In this document: positions 27,092-36,872 of the stretch, piece after piece | Position numbering within the stretch: the stretch's first letter is position 1 | Layout: the number at the start of each line of letters is the position of its first letter | DNA from: Minisyncoccota bacterium | GTDB taxonomy: Bacteria; Patescibacteriota; Minisyncoccia; Minisyncoccales; RBG-13-42-11 | DNA: 64,000 bases | Direction: 5' to 3' | Assembly (NCBI GenBank): GCA_016782605.1 | Contig: JADHYE010000001.1 | Location: 11,128 to 75,127, forward strand | Notes under the pieces: model-generated | What the model was told of the DNA's origin: nothing | Databases searched by the model: none | Seen by the model: only the letters and a program-made list of their open reading frames with translations | Position numbers and translations under genes: made by a program

Positions 27092-27790
27092 TTACTCAGT
27101 TTTTCTCCAATCTTCTTTGGCTGAAATATCTTTTCCTTTTTCTTCATTAACTATTTCCACTCCGGAACTAGTGCCGATAATATCAGCTCCAGCTTTAATC
27201 ATCATTTCCAAATCAGCAAGAGTCCTAATAAAGCCTGCTACTTTAACCAGTATGCCGGGAGCTGATTCGCGCATTATCCTGACGTGCTTTGCTTTTTCAG
27301 CTAGTTCTGAATGGTCTAAAGGATCTTCAACCGTGGCTGTCTTAACACAAATTGCCCTAGCTTCCTTGACAATCTCTGAAGCTTTTTTAATTTCCTCGTC
27401 AGTCAAATAGCCAGAGCCGATTATCACTTTTGTCGGCAAAACAGCACAAATCTCTTTCAAATCAGACAAAACCTCGTCATATTTACCGTTCTTGAAATCA
27501 TCTATCTTCATTACCACGTCAACCTCGTCAGACCAATCTTCTTTAGCTCTCAAAACCTTTTTCATCCTGATTTCATGAGGGCTGGCTCCTGTTGGCTCAT
27601 CAATCAAAGTGGTAACCTTAACATCGCTGTCTAACAATGATTCTTTGGCTAATTTGGTGTGTTCTGGATAAACGCAAAGTCCCCGGAAACCGTATTCTCT
27701 TGTTTCCTGGCAAACCTTCTTAATCTCCTGTTCTAAAGCTCCTTTTTTAAGAAATGTCTGGTCTATTAATTTAGCTGTGTTTGGCTGCAT
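27092..27790 (-). CDS. DeoC/LacD-family aldolase (deoxyribose-phosphate aldolase-like)
   Basis: 232 aa. ..IDQTFLK.. start and an ICVKTAT segment in the position of the Schiff-base lysine motif. Confidence 0.65.
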   Translation of the reverse strand: MQPNTAKLIDQTFLKKGALEQEIKKVCQETREYGFRGLCVYPEHTKLAKESLLDSDVKVTTLIDEPTGASPHEIRMKKVLRAKEDWSDEVDVVMKIDDFKNGKYDEVLSDLKEICAVLPTKVIIGSGYLTDEEIKKASEIVKEARAICVKTATVEDPLDHSELAEKAKHVRIMRESAPGILVKVAGFIRTLADLEMMIKAGADIIGTSSGVEIVNEEKGKDISAKEDWRKTE

Positions 27791-28565
27791 AATAAACGTT
27801 TTTTAATAATAAGGCGACTGTTAAGGGGCCCAAGCCTCCTGGCACTGGTGTTAAAAAATCAGCTTTGCCAGCTACGCTTTTTCTGTCCACATCCCCTACT
27901 ACTTTTTTATTCTTCAAAACAACAATGCCTCCATCAATCAAAACAACACCTTTTTTAATCATATCCCCTTTTATATAATTAGGAAATCCACAAGCTGAAA
28001 TAACAATATCAGCTGATTTAATCTCAGGGCTTTTCCTGTTTTTAAGATAACTAATTTTAATTCTCTCTTTTATAAGAGAAGATTTTAGAACATTGCCGAA
28101 AAAATCAGAATTAACCAAAGCAATAATCTTTTTACCTTTAAGGTTTTTGGATGAATCTTTTAAGGCGATAAGAATGGCCGAAATCAAAGGAGAAGAAAAA
28201 TGTGTTTTCTTCTGGAAACCGTCAACATCTTTGTGAAAATCTATCTTTTCTGTAATCTTCCTTGCTTTTAACTTAGAGGGTAATGGCAATTGGACAATGA
28301 TTCCTGCAACGTCTTTATCTTTATTCAATGCTTCAATCTGCCGCACAATCTCTTTTTCCTTAACTTTGCTGTTAAATTTAGAATAGAGAATTCCAATACC
28401 CACTTCTTCAGCCGCCCTTTTTTTGTTCCTAATAAAAAGCTCTGAAGCAGGATCTTTTCCGACTGAAATTACCGCCAGCTTTAATTTCATTCTTTCTTTC
28501 CTGATTCTTTTTTTCAAATCCGACAAGATTTTATCCGCTTTCTTTTTACCATCGAAAATTATCAT
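27771..28565 (-). CDS. folD: bifunctional methylenetetrahydrofolate dehydrogenase/cyclohydrolase
   Basis: ..IIVQLPLP.. and ..TPVPGGLGPLTVA.. motifs. Confidence 0.85.
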   Translation of the reverse strand: MIIFDGKKKADKILSDLKKRIRKERMKLKLAVISVGKDPASELFIRNKKRAAEEVGIGILYSKFNSKVKEKEIVRQIEALNKDKDVAGIIVQLPLPSKLKARKITEKIDFHKDVDGFQKKTHFSSPLISAILIALKDSSKNLKGKKIIALVNSDFFGNVLKSSLIKERIKISYLKNRKSPEIKSADIVISACGFPNYIKGDMIKKGVVLIDGGIVVLKNKKVVGDVDRKSVAGKADFLTPVPGGLGPLTVALLLKNVYYAAKHS

Positions 28566-28597
28566 AAATTGAAGATTTATTAAAATCTTAGATGAGT

Positions 28598-29872
28598 TTA
28601 AAATTTGAACTCATCGTAAATGGGAAACTTCTTGGTTATTCTTTCCACCTCGCTCTTAATCAAATTTTTAATTTTCCGGCTATCAATATTTTTAATAAGC
28701 TTGACGATAAGGCGAGTAATCTCCCTTGATTCTTTCTCTTCCAAGCCCCTAGTGGTGATTGCCGGCGTTCCCAACCTAATACCCGAAGGAAAATAAGGAG
28801 GTTTTTTATCAAAAGGAATGGCGCTTCTGTTAACGTAAATGCCAACCTTATCCAATTCGTTCTGAATTTCCTTCGAGCCAACGCTAAAAGGAGAAACGTC
28901 TATTACCATCAAATGATTATCTGTTCCCCCGCTGATTACCCTGATTCCCTGCTTCTGGAATTCATCAGCCATGGCTTTGGCATTCAGAATAATCTGTTTT
29001 TGGTACTTCCTAAAAGAGGGTTTCATTGCTTCCAAAAAGCAAACAGCTTTAGCAGCAATAACATGTTCCATCGGCCCACCCTGGATACCAGGAAAAACAG
29101 CTTTGTCGATTTTTTGCGCTAAATTTAATTTGCTCTTAAGATTAAATCTGTCTTTAATTTTGCAAAGAATCAGTCCTCCGCGAGGGCCCCTAAGAGTTTT
29201 ATGAGTAGTCGTTGTCACGATATCGCACCAGGGGAAAGGATTGGGATGAACACCAGCAATAACCAAACCGGCGATATGAGCGATATCAGCCATTAAATAT
29301 GCTTTAGCTTTATCAGCAATCTTCCTGAACGCTTTAAAATCAAGAGTTCTTGAATATGAGGTTGTGCTGACAATGATTAATTTCGGCTTGAACTTTAAAG
29401 CTATTTTTTTCACTTCTTTCAAATCAATCTTTTCCGTTTCCCGATCAACCCCGTAATGGGAAAAATTATACAATTTTCCGGAAAAATTAACCGGCGAGCC
29501 GTGCGTCAGATGACCACCAGCCGACAAATCAATGCCCAGTACTCTATCCTTATAGTCCAACAACGCTAAATAAACGGCTGCATTCGCCTGGGAACCAGAA
29601 TGGGGCTGAACATTGGCATGTTCTGCCCCAAACAACTTCTTGGCCCTTTCTATGGCTGTCTGTTCAACCTCATCAATGAATTCATTGCCGCTGTAATACC
29701 TTTTATATGGATAACCTTCAGAATATTTATTGCTCAAAGGCGTGCCCATAACAGACAAGACCTCAGGACTGGCGTAATTTTCCGAGGGAATCAAAACAAG
29801 GCCCTGTTTCTGGCGCAAAATCTCCTTTTTAACCAAGTTATATATTTTAGAATCTGATTTTAAAAGCTTCAT
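28598..29872 (-). CDS. glyA: serine hydroxymethyltransferase
   Basis: 424 aa with the PLP-lysine motif TTTTHKTLRGPRGG. Confidence 0.95.
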   Translation of the reverse strand: MKLLKSDSKIYNLVKKEILRQKQGLVLIPSENYASPEVLSVMGTPLSNKYSEGYPYKRYYSGNEFIDEVEQTAIERAKKLFGAEHANVQPHSGSQANAAVYLALLDYKDRVLGIDLSAGGHLTHGSPVNFSGKLYNFSHYGVDRETEKIDLKEVKKIALKFKPKLIIVSTTSYSRTLDFKAFRKIADKAKAYLMADIAHIAGLVIAGVHPNPFPWCDIVTTTTHKTLRGPRGGLILCKIKDRFNLKSKLNLAQKIDKAVFPGIQGGPMEHVIAAKAVCFLEAMKPSFRKYQKQIILNAKAMADEFQKQGIRVISGGTDNHLMVIDVSPFSVGSKEIQNELDKVGIYVNRSAIPFDKKPPYFPSGIRLGTPAITTRGLEEKESREITRLIVKLIKNIDSRKIKNLIKSEVERITKKFPIYDEFKF

Positions 29873-29889
29873 TTCACTTCCCTAATTTT

Positions 29890-30408
29890 TTAAGATTTTT
29901 CTCGAATTTTTCTTTCCAAGGTTACAAAGTTATATTTATAAGAATTATCTTTATCAGGGTTATTTTCAATTCTTCCAATTTCTATCCAATCATTCCAATC
30001 AAATTCTGGGAAATAAGCATCAGCTTCGAACTCTCCCTCAATTAAAGTTAGATACATTCTATCGGCTAATAGTAAAAATTGACGATAAATTGACACTCCG
30101 CCACAAATCATTACCTCATCAAAATTTTTGGCAGCTTCTAACGCCCCTTCTATTGAATGAGTAACTAAGCAATCAGGTGGAATAAAATTTTTATCCAAAG
30201 TTAAAATAATATTAGTCCGCCCTGGTAACGGCTTACCGATGGATTCAAAAGTTTTTTGCCCCATAATTACTGGTTTCCCCATAGTCAGTTGACGAAAATG
30301 TTTCATATCGGCCGGCAAATTCCAAGGCAACTTATTTTTGATACCAACTACCCAATTATTACCTACGGCTGCAATTATTGAAATTAGACACTTGTCCTTT
30401 TTTTTCAT
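29890..30408 (-). CDS. folA: dihydrofolate reductase
   Basis: 172 aa with ..LPW.. and ..GRKTFESIG-like (GQKTFESIGKPLPGR) motifs. Confidence 0.85.
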   Translation of the reverse strand: MKKKDKCLISIIAAVGNNWVVGIKNKLPWNLPADMKHFRQLTMGKPVIMGQKTFESIGKPLPGRTNIILTLDKNFIPPDCLVTHSIEGALEAAKNFDEVMICGGVSIYRQFLLLADRMYLTLIEGEFEADAYFPEFDWNDWIEIGRIENNPDKDNSYKYNFVTLERKIREKS

Positions 30409-30487
30409 TATATGATATTATATCCTAAGGTTAGAAAATATACAACGTTAAAAATCTTATTTTTTAAATTTAGATTAAATTCTTATT

Positions 30488-31030
30488 ATGAATAAAAAAC
30501 ACAAATGCATTATATTAAACTATTCAGAGCTTAAAAGGGTTGTTGATGCCCACAAAACTTTAGAGCATAAAATTATCTGCACTGTTGGTTCCTGGGATAT
30601 GCTTCATATAGGGCACTTGCGTTATCTTATTAAAGCGAAGGGACAAGGCGATGTGCTCGTTGTAGGAGTGGATAATGATAGGGGAATAAAGTTGTATAAA
30701 AAGAATGAGTTGAGACCTGTTATCCCCCAAGAAGAAAGAATGGAAATGCTTAGTTATCAAGACTGTGTTGACTACGTTACCTTGATAGAGGATATAGATG
30801 ATAACGGCGAATGGCAGTATGAATTAATAAAGACAATAAAACCCCATCTTTTTGTCACAACCACGGACAGCTACCCAGAAGAACAAATTAAAGATATTGG
30901 GCTACACGTTGATAATGTTTTAATTTTGCCAAGACAGGCAGAAAACACTTCGACTACACAAATTATAGAAAGAATGATAAAAAAACATTTAGAAGTAATG
31001 CTCTCTAATATAACAAAGAAAGGAAAATGA
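30488..31030 (+). CDS. cytidylyl/adenylyltransferase-family nucleotidyltransferase
   Basis: HIGH-type motif GSWDMLHIGHLRYL. Substrate unknown. Confidence 0.6.
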   Translation: MNKKHKCIILNYSELKRVVDAHKTLEHKIICTVGSWDMLHIGHLRYLIKAKGQGDVLVVGVDNDRGIKLYKKNELRPVIPQEERMEMLSYQDCVDYVTLIEDIDDNGEWQYELIKTIKPHLFVTTTDSYPEEQIKDIGLHVDNVLILPRQAENTSTTQIIERMIKKHLEVMLSNITKKGK

Positions 31031-31467
31031 AAAAGTTTGTTAATATAAAAAATGCAAGACGCGGAGAATATCGAAAAGTAATAAAGGAAATAGCCCTAAA
31101 GGGCGAATGTCCTTTCTGCCCAGAAAATTTCAAATATCACAAAAAACCAATCTTCAAACGAAAGGAAGATTGGTTTTTAACAAATGATAGCTGGCCCTAT
31201 AAAAATACCAGTTGCCATCTTATTATCTTGGGGAAAAAACATAAAGAAAAATTTCAAGAATTAACAAAAAAAGATTTAGAATCTGTAGCTTACTTAACTC
31301 GCTGGGCAATTAAAAAATACAAAATTAAAGGAGGTGGATTGGCGATAAGATTTGGCAATACGGATTTTACTGGAGCTTCCGTTACTCATATTCACTTCCA
31401 CTTAATTTCACCAAAAATAGATAAAAAAACAAAATACGCAAAAACAGTGAATTTTCCTATAGGATAA
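31027..31467 (+). CDS. HIT-superfamily nucleotide hydrolase/transferase
   Basis: CPFCPEN zinc-type motif and histidine triad THIHFHLI. Overlaps the upstream gene by 4 nt. Confidence 0.6.
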   Translation: MKKFVNIKNARRGEYRKVIKEIALKGECPFCPENFKYHKKPIFKRKEDWFLTNDSWPYKNTSCHLIILGKKHKEKFQELTKKDLESVAYLTRWAIKKYKIKGGGLAIRFGNTDFTGASVTHIHFHLISPKIDKKTKYAKTVNFPIG

Positions 31468-31469
31468 AT

Positions 31470-32291
31470 TCAAACAGCTATCTCCCCTTTAATCGGTGGA
31501 TAAGGATTATATCCCTCAAGTTGAAAATTTTCATAATCAAAATCAAAGATGTTTTTTATTTTAGGGTTAAGAATCATTTTAGGTAAAGGTCTGGGTTCGC
31601 GGGTTAATTGAAGTTTAACTTGTTCAATATGGTTGAGATAAAGATGGGTGTCAGATAAGGTATGCACAAATTCATAGGCTTTTAATCCAGTAACCTGTGC
31701 CATCATCATCAACAATAAAGAATAAGAAGCGATATTAAAGGGGATACCAAGGAAAACGTCGCAGCTCCGCTGAAAAAGATGCAAAGATAATTTTCCCTGT
31801 ACGTGAAAAAATTTAAAAAAACAGTGGCAAGGAGCAACAAAAACTTTATCAACATCTTCCGGATCCCAAGAGGTAACAACTAAACGTCGGGAATCAGGAA
31901 AATTTTTAAGCTCTTCAATAACATTTGATATTTGGTCAATTACTCTACCGTCTCGAGTTTTCCAACAACGCCATTTCTCGCCGTAAATCGGACCCAGTTC
32001 ACCAGGAGGCAAATTATACTTAGCCGTAGCCTCTGGCATTGCCCACTCATCCCAAATTGTCACTCCATGGTCTTGCAAATACTTTACATTGGTATCTCCT
32101 CGTAAAAACCATAATAATTCATAAATAATTGATTTTAAGGACATCTTTTTTGTGGTAAGTAAAGGGAAACCATCATCCATTTTAAATCGCATCTGATAAC
32201 CACAAACAGCAATATTCCCTATGCCTTGTGGGTCGTTTTTTCTTTCTCCATTTTCTAAAACATATTTTAATAAATCTAAATACTGCTTCAT
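31470..32291 (-). CDS. thyA: thymidylate synthase (ThyA type)
   Basis: Collinear with E. coli ThyA. Catalytic APCH, QRSCD, FNIASY and DTHLY are present. The NDRTGTGT loop reads NDPQGIGN here. Confidence 0.9.
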   Translation of the reverse strand: MKQYLDLLKYVLENGERKNDPQGIGNIAVCGYQMRFKMDDGFPLLTTKKMSLKSIIYELLWFLRGDTNVKYLQDHGVTIWDEWAMPEATAKYNLPPGELGPIYGEKWRCWKTRDGRVIDQISNVIEELKNFPDSRRLVVTSWDPEDVDKVFVAPCHCFFKFFHVQGKLSLHLFQRSCDVFLGIPFNIASYSLLLMMMAQVTGLKAYEFVHTLSDTHLYLNHIEQVKLQLTREPRPLPKMILNPKIKNIFDFDYENFQLEGYNPYPPIKGEIAV

Positions 32292-32297
32292 GATTTT

Positions 32298-33149
32298 TTA
32301 TTGTAAAAGATTTTGAGGAATATGTATAATTTCGACCCCAGCTGCCTCTAAGGTTTTTCTCCCATCAAGATTTGAAGCTCCTTCAGAAAAATAGACTTCC
32401 TTAATCCCAGCCCAAGCAATAAGTTTTGCACACAATGAACAGGGAAAATGAGTAAGATAAAGAAATAAACCCTCTAATTTAATTCCGTTTTTAGCGGATT
32501 CGGAAATAAGTTTTTGCTCGGCATGAATAGTTGGAGAAAAATCTTGTTTCTCCCCGGCTTGAAAAAAATCTCTTACTGAGCCAACCTGATAAGGAGTACT
32601 ATCGTTTGGTACCCCTTGGTTATAAGAACGAGCTATTATTTTTTTATTCTTTAGCAAGACCGCTCCAATTTGACGCCACCAATCACTACTTTTTTGAGCT
32701 TCTTTATAAGCTTCTTTCATTATTTCTATGTCAAAATTATCCGTCGAAACCTTAATATCGTCTATCGGTAAATCGGCCACAACTTTTTCCTTATCCCATC
32801 GAAGAAAAACTGATTCCCATTCTATGTTTTCTCCTTTTAAATATTTTTCTTCCAAATTTCGGGAAATTTCGTCTTGGATAAGAATGATTTCTTTGCCCTT
32901 CAGCTCTCCAATGCTGTTTTTGGAAAGAATTGAAACATTTTTAAAATCGAATTTTTCTAATAAATCCTTCACTGTATTTACATCTAAAGAAGCAATATCC
33001 TGTTTAATATCAGAAAGTTCTTTTTGAAAAGTTTCATCAATGATATATATATTAGAAATTCTATCTAATTTTTTTTTAAAAAAATCTAAATAACCCTTAT
33101 GGATTACAGGAATATGAATAATGAGATTTTTATTTCTCATAAAATACAA
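32298..33149 (-). CDS. dCMP deaminase domain fused to an N-terminal domain of unknown function
   Basis: The C-terminal half has zinc motifs HAE...PCSLC. The first ~140 aa are unassigned. Confidence 0.7.
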   Translation of the reverse strand: MYFMRNKNLIIHIPVIHKGYLDFFKKKLDRISNIYIIDETFQKELSDIKQDIASLDVNTVKDLLEKFDFKNVSILSKNSIGELKGKEIILIQDEISRNLEEKYLKGENIEWESVFLRWDKEKVVADLPIDDIKVSTDNFDIEIMKEAYKEAQKSSDWWRQIGAVLLKNKKIIARSYNQGVPNDSTPYQVGSVRDFFQAGEKQDFSPTIHAEQKLISESAKNGIKLEGLFLYLTHFPCSLCAKLIAWAGIKEVYFSEGASNLDGRKTLEAAGVEIIHIPQNLLQ

Positions 33150-33152
33150 GTA

Positions 33153-33575
33153 TCACTCAATGGTAATGCCCATGTTCTTAGCCGTACCCTCAATTATTTT
33201 CATTGCCTGTTCGATGTCATCTGCGTTCAAATCAGGCATCTTTTTCAAAGCTATTTCTTTCAATTGTGCCCTTGAAATCTTGGCCACTTTAGTTTTATTG
33301 GGAGTGCCAGAGCCCTTTTCAATGCCAGCTGCTTTTTTCAATAATTCGGAAGCTGGCGGCTGCTTCAAGATAAAAGTATAGGTTCTGTCCTCAAAAACCG
33401 TGATTTCAACCGGAATAACGAAACCCTGGTTGTTTTTGGTCGCATCGTTGAACCTCTGGCAGAACTCGGATATGTTCACTCCGTATTGAGCCAAAACAGG
33501 ACCGACCGGAGGAGCCGGAGTCGCCAGAGCTGCTTTAATTTGAAGTTTTACGATTGCTTTTACTTTTTTTGCCAT
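33153..33575 (-). CDS. rplK: 50S ribosomal protein L11
   Basis: 140 aa. [26 protein letters not shown].. is canonical L11. Confidence 0.95.
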   Translation of the reverse strand: MAKKVKAIVKLQIKAALATPAPPVGPVLAQYGVNISEFCQRFNDATKNNQGFVIPVEITVFEDRTYTFILKQPPASELLKKAAGIEKGSGTPNKTKVAKISRAQLKEIALKKMPDLNADDIEQAMKIIEGTAKNMGITIE

Positions 33576-33870
33576 AGTGGTAATACCTAATTAAGTCGCG
33601 GCTCGCGCATATTATATATTAATATATTGCCTTCGGCGAATGTGCTACTGCCGCTCTTTAGAAGACGAACGCAGTGAGGCGGGAAAAAAGATTTATCTCT
33701 TTGACCACTCTCGGTGCTCAATGAAGCTAAAGCTTCATTTCGGTCTGCGCTTCCGTGAACGGAAGCTTGCCTTCTAACGTTTTCCACCTCATCGGCGGAA
33801 ATCCTGTTTTCCTATACGGAAGAACCTGATGGTTCTTCCGACCCATCTCCGATATGGGATACTATTACGT
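33576..33870 (-). repeat. composite structured leader repeat F2, directly upstream of the rplK ATG
   Basis: Shares the start-proximal block with F1 and F3, block 33651-33739 with F1, and block 33807-33868 with F3 (57726-57787). Confidence 0.6.
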
Positions 33871-34031
33871 TAATTATTAATTGTTCAAGCGAGGCAACAA
33901 GTTTTAAAGTAGCTCTCGGAAGCCTATTTGCATGGTTCGCCGGAAGCGAAAATAGGCTGAGAGCGCAACTCCCAAAATCTCGCAGGGATTTTGAGAAGCG
34001 GTACTTTCAAAACTTAGTTGCCGAGCACCCC

Positions 34032-34577
34032 TTATAGTTTCTTTATCTGTAAAGAATCCAGTTCAACGGGAGTATCTCTGCCAAACATATTAACCAATAC
34101 CTTTACCTTTCCCCTCTCCTGGTCAACCTCTGAAACCTTTCCGTCAAAATCCTTGAATGGGCCGTCAATAATTTTAACCAAATCCCCTGGCTTGGCTTCT
34201 ATCTTGAAATGCGGCTCATCTCCGGCAATACGCTTCTTTAAAGTTTCAATCTCTTCTACGGAAACTGGCACTGGTGTTGTGCCTGCTCCGACAAAACCAG
34301 TAACATTAGGCGTGTTTCTAACCACGTACCAGGAATCATCGGTCACGATCATTTCCACCAAAACGTAGCCAGGATAAATCTTTTCTTCTATCGTTTTTCT
34401 TTTGCCGTTCTTAATCTTAATCTTTTTCTCTTTGGGAACGATGACGTTGAATATCTTGTCTTCCATGCCCAAAGATTCAACCCTTTGCTTTAAAGCTTTG
34501 GCCACAGCGTCCTCATACCCGGAATAAGTATGGAGAACATACCAATTTTTTTCTGTGCTGATTTGCTGTTTTGGCAT
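34032..34577 (-). CDS. nusG: transcription termination/antitermination factor NusG
   Basis: NGN domain (WYVLHTYSGYE) and a KOW motif (GDLVKIIDGPFKDFDGKV). Confidence 0.9.
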   Translation of the reverse strand: MPKQQISTEKNWYVLHTYSGYEDAVAKALKQRVESLGMEDKIFNVIVPKEKKIKIKNGKRKTIEEKIYPGYVLVEMIVTDDSWYVVRNTPNVTGFVGAGTTPVPVSVEEIETLKKRIAGDEPHFKIEAKPGDLVKIIDGPFKDFDGKVSEVDQERGKVKVLVNMFGRDTPVELDSLQIKKL

Positions 34578-34582
34578 ATAAT

Positions 34583-34777
34583 TTAAAAAACAAACTTCTC
34601 CAGCAAAGTGGTAAACAAAACGTCAAGCCCTCCCAAATAGGCAGCGACAACCGCTGAAACACCGACCACAATCAAAGTGTATCTTATGGTCGTTTCTCTG
34701 GTCGGCCAATTAACCTTCCTCATCTCCAATCTTACTTCTTTTAAAAAAGTAATAAGTTTATTAATAATTTTTCCCAT
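34583..34777 (-). CDS. secE: preprotein translocase subunit SecE
   Basis: Single TM helix with ..EMRKVNWPTR.. motif. Start moved to MGKIINK... Lies upstream of nusG. Confidence 0.75.
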   Translation of the reverse strand: MGKIINKLITFLKEVRLEMRKVNWPTRETTIRYTLIVVGVSAVVAAYLGGLDVLFTTLLEKFVF

Positions 34778-34845
34778 GTTTTTGAGTCTAAAAAACGGCC
34801 TAACGGCCACAAGTTAAACTTAGCCGAAAACAAACTAGATGTCAA

Positions 34846-34930
34846 CCCCGCACCACTTTGCAGAAGAAATCTTCTTTTTAATATTTTGAAACAACTAATG
34901 AGATTTAAGTTGCATCAAAGTGGTGCGGGG
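34846..34930. mobile_element. family C-like hairpin element, copy C3
   Basis: 85 bp with perfect 15-bp arms ccccgcaccactttg / caaagtggtgcgggg. Flanked by tcaa at 34842-34845 and 34931-34934. Confidence 0.65.
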
Positions 34931-34939
34931 TCAAGGTTT

Positions 34940-36871
34940 CTAAATGTCTAAATTCTTAACGCCTTTGGCATGCGTCTGGATGAATTTCTTTCGGGGCAGC
35001 ACTTCATCTCCCATCAAGATATCGAAAATTCTGTCAGCTTCCTTGACATCTTCAATATCTACCCTTAATAAAGTCCTTTTTTCAGGATTCATGGTGGTTT
35101 CCCAAAGCTGATCCGGATTCATTTCTCCCAAACCCTTGTATCTTTGTATCGAAACATTCAAGATTTTCTCTTTCTTCAATTTCATTAAAACCTTGTCTTT
35201 TTCCTCTTCGGTATATGCATATTCTATCTTTTTGCCTGACTGTAAACGGTAAAGAGGAGGCTGAGCAATATATATGAAGCCTTTTTCAATCAGCAGCTTG
35301 AAATAGCGGTAAAAAAGAGTTAAAAGAAGAGTTCTTATATGGGAACCGTCAACATCAGCATCAGTCATTATAATAATGCGGTGGTATCTGGCCTTTTCAA
35401 TTTTAAAATCATCAGCCACTGCCGTACCCAAAGCAATGATCAATGATTTTATCTCTTTGGAAGAAAGCATCTTGTCCAGACGGGCGCGCTCAACATTCAA
35501 TATCTTTCCCCTTAAAGGCAGAATAGCCTGGAATCTTCTGTCCCTAGCCTGGCGAGAACTGCCGCCAGCTGACTCACCCTCAACTATGTAAAGTTCTGAG
35601 TCTTCGGGATTTCGAGAACTGCAGTCAGCCAATTTGCCCGGCAAAGCCAATCCCTCTAATGCTCCCTTGCGCAAAACAGTCTCACGCGCCACCCTAGCTG
35701 CTTTCCTGGCTTTTGAAGAAAGAATACATTTTTCAATAATCGCCCGGGCATCCTGCGGATTCCTTTCCAAAAAATCAGTCAGGGTTTCCGAAACAACTGC
35801 TTCCACTGCTGTTTTGGCCTCAGGATTACCTAACTTTGCTTTGGTCTGTCCTTCAAATTGCGGCTCTTTGATTTTTACGGAAACCACGCCGGTAAATCCC
35901 TCTCTGACGTCTTCACCCGACAAATTCTCATCGCTTTCTTTAAGAATGCCGTTCTTTTTGGCGTAATCGTTAAAAGTCCTGGTTAAAGCGGTTCTAAAGC
36001 CGGTCAAGTGATTTCCCCCCTCTCCGGTAAAAATGTTATTGGCAAAACTTTCTTCAAAACATTCATATTCTTCAGTATATTGGAAAGCTGCCTCAACCAG
36101 AATTCCTTCTTTTTCCCCGATACCGTAATAGATATTGGGATGGCGCTTAACCACGTCTCTGGTCAGATATTTGACGTATGAAGACAGTCCGCCCTCAAAA
36201 TAAAAAGCGTAGAACTTTTCCGGTTTTTCCCTTTGGTCAATGGCAGTGATTCTTATCTTTTTTGTCAGGTAAGCCTGCTGCCTGAGATGTTTCAGAATCT
36301 TATTAAAATCGAATTTGATTTCGCTGAATATCTCAGGATCCGGTTCAAAGTAAACCGTGGTGCCTGTCTGCCTGCATTTGCCGTCTTTTTTAACGGCTGT
36401 TTTAGGCTTTCCTTTGGCATATTCCTGGCAATACCTAATGTTATCTCGGCAGACTTCAACCCTCATCCATTTTGAAAGCGCGCAGACCACGGAAACTCCC
36501 ACGCCGTGCAAACCGCCAGCCACCTGGTAAGCTTTGCCTCCGAATTTAGCTCCGGCATGCAATGTTGTCATTACGGTTTCCAAAGCTGATTTTTTAGTTT
36601 GCCAGTGCCTTTCAACCGGAATTCCCCTGCCATCGTCAGTTGTCTTCACTTTGTTGCCTGGCGAAAGAATAACTTCAATGTTTTTTGCATGCCCGGCCAT
36701 TGCCTCATCCAAACTGTTATCAATGCATTCCCAAATCAAATGATGAAGTCCCTCTGGACCGGTTGAACCGATATACATGCCGGGCCTTTTCCTGACAGGA
36801 TCAAGGCCTTCCAAAACATAAATGTCTTTGGCAGTATAATCTTTTTCAGTTTTTTTAGGTTTTTGTAGCAT
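34940..36871 (-). CDS. gyrB: DNA gyrase subunit B
   Basis: GHKL ATPase and TOPRIM (EGESAGGS) domains. The ORF-track start (36898) runs into repeat A3. ATG at 36871 gives MLQKPKKTEKDYTAKDIYVLEGL.... Confidence 0.95.
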   Translation of the reverse strand: MLQKPKKTEKDYTAKDIYVLEGLDPVRKRPGMYIGSTGPEGLHHLIWECIDNSLDEAMAGHAKNIEVILSPGNKVKTTDDGRGIPVERHWQTKKSALETVMTTLHAGAKFGGKAYQVAGGLHGVGVSVVCALSKWMRVEVCRDNIRYCQEYAKGKPKTAVKKDGKCRQTGTTVYFEPDPEIFSEIKFDFNKILKHLRQQAYLTKKIRITAIDQREKPEKFYAFYFEGGLSSYVKYLTRDVVKRHPNIYYGIGEKEGILVEAAFQYTEEYECFEESFANNIFTGEGGNHLTGFRTALTRTFNDYAKKNGILKESDENLSGEDVREGFTGVVSVKIKEPQFEGQTKAKLGNPEAKTAVEAVVSETLTDFLERNPQDARAIIEKCILSSKARKAARVARETVLRKGALEGLALPGKLADCSSRNPEDSELYIVEGESAGGSSRQARDRRFQAILPLRGKILNVERARLDKMLSSKEIKSLIIALGTAVADDFKIEKARYHRIIIMTDADVDGSHIRTLLLTLFYRYFKLLIEKGFIYIAQPPLYRLQSGKKIEYAYTEEEKDKVLMKLKKEKILNVSIQRYKGLGEMNPDQLWETTMNPEKRTLLRVDIEDVKEADRIFDILMGDEVLPRKKFIQTHAKGVKNLDI

Positions 36872-36872
36872 A

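Noticed and set aside
33587-33787. 66-aa ORF in the rplK leader, and 3984-4217 (+) and 4007-4192 (-) inside mltG.
   Set aside because: 33587-33787 falls in the repeated F2/G leader sequence with no start context, and the others overlap a supported CDS. There is no supporting signal.
34817-34845. TTGACA-N17-TAAGTT as the secE promoter.
   Set aside because: A terminator-like hairpin (GGCCGTTAGGCC plus T6) lies between it and the secE ATG, leaving only ~20 nt. It is kept only as context for the C3 insertion site.
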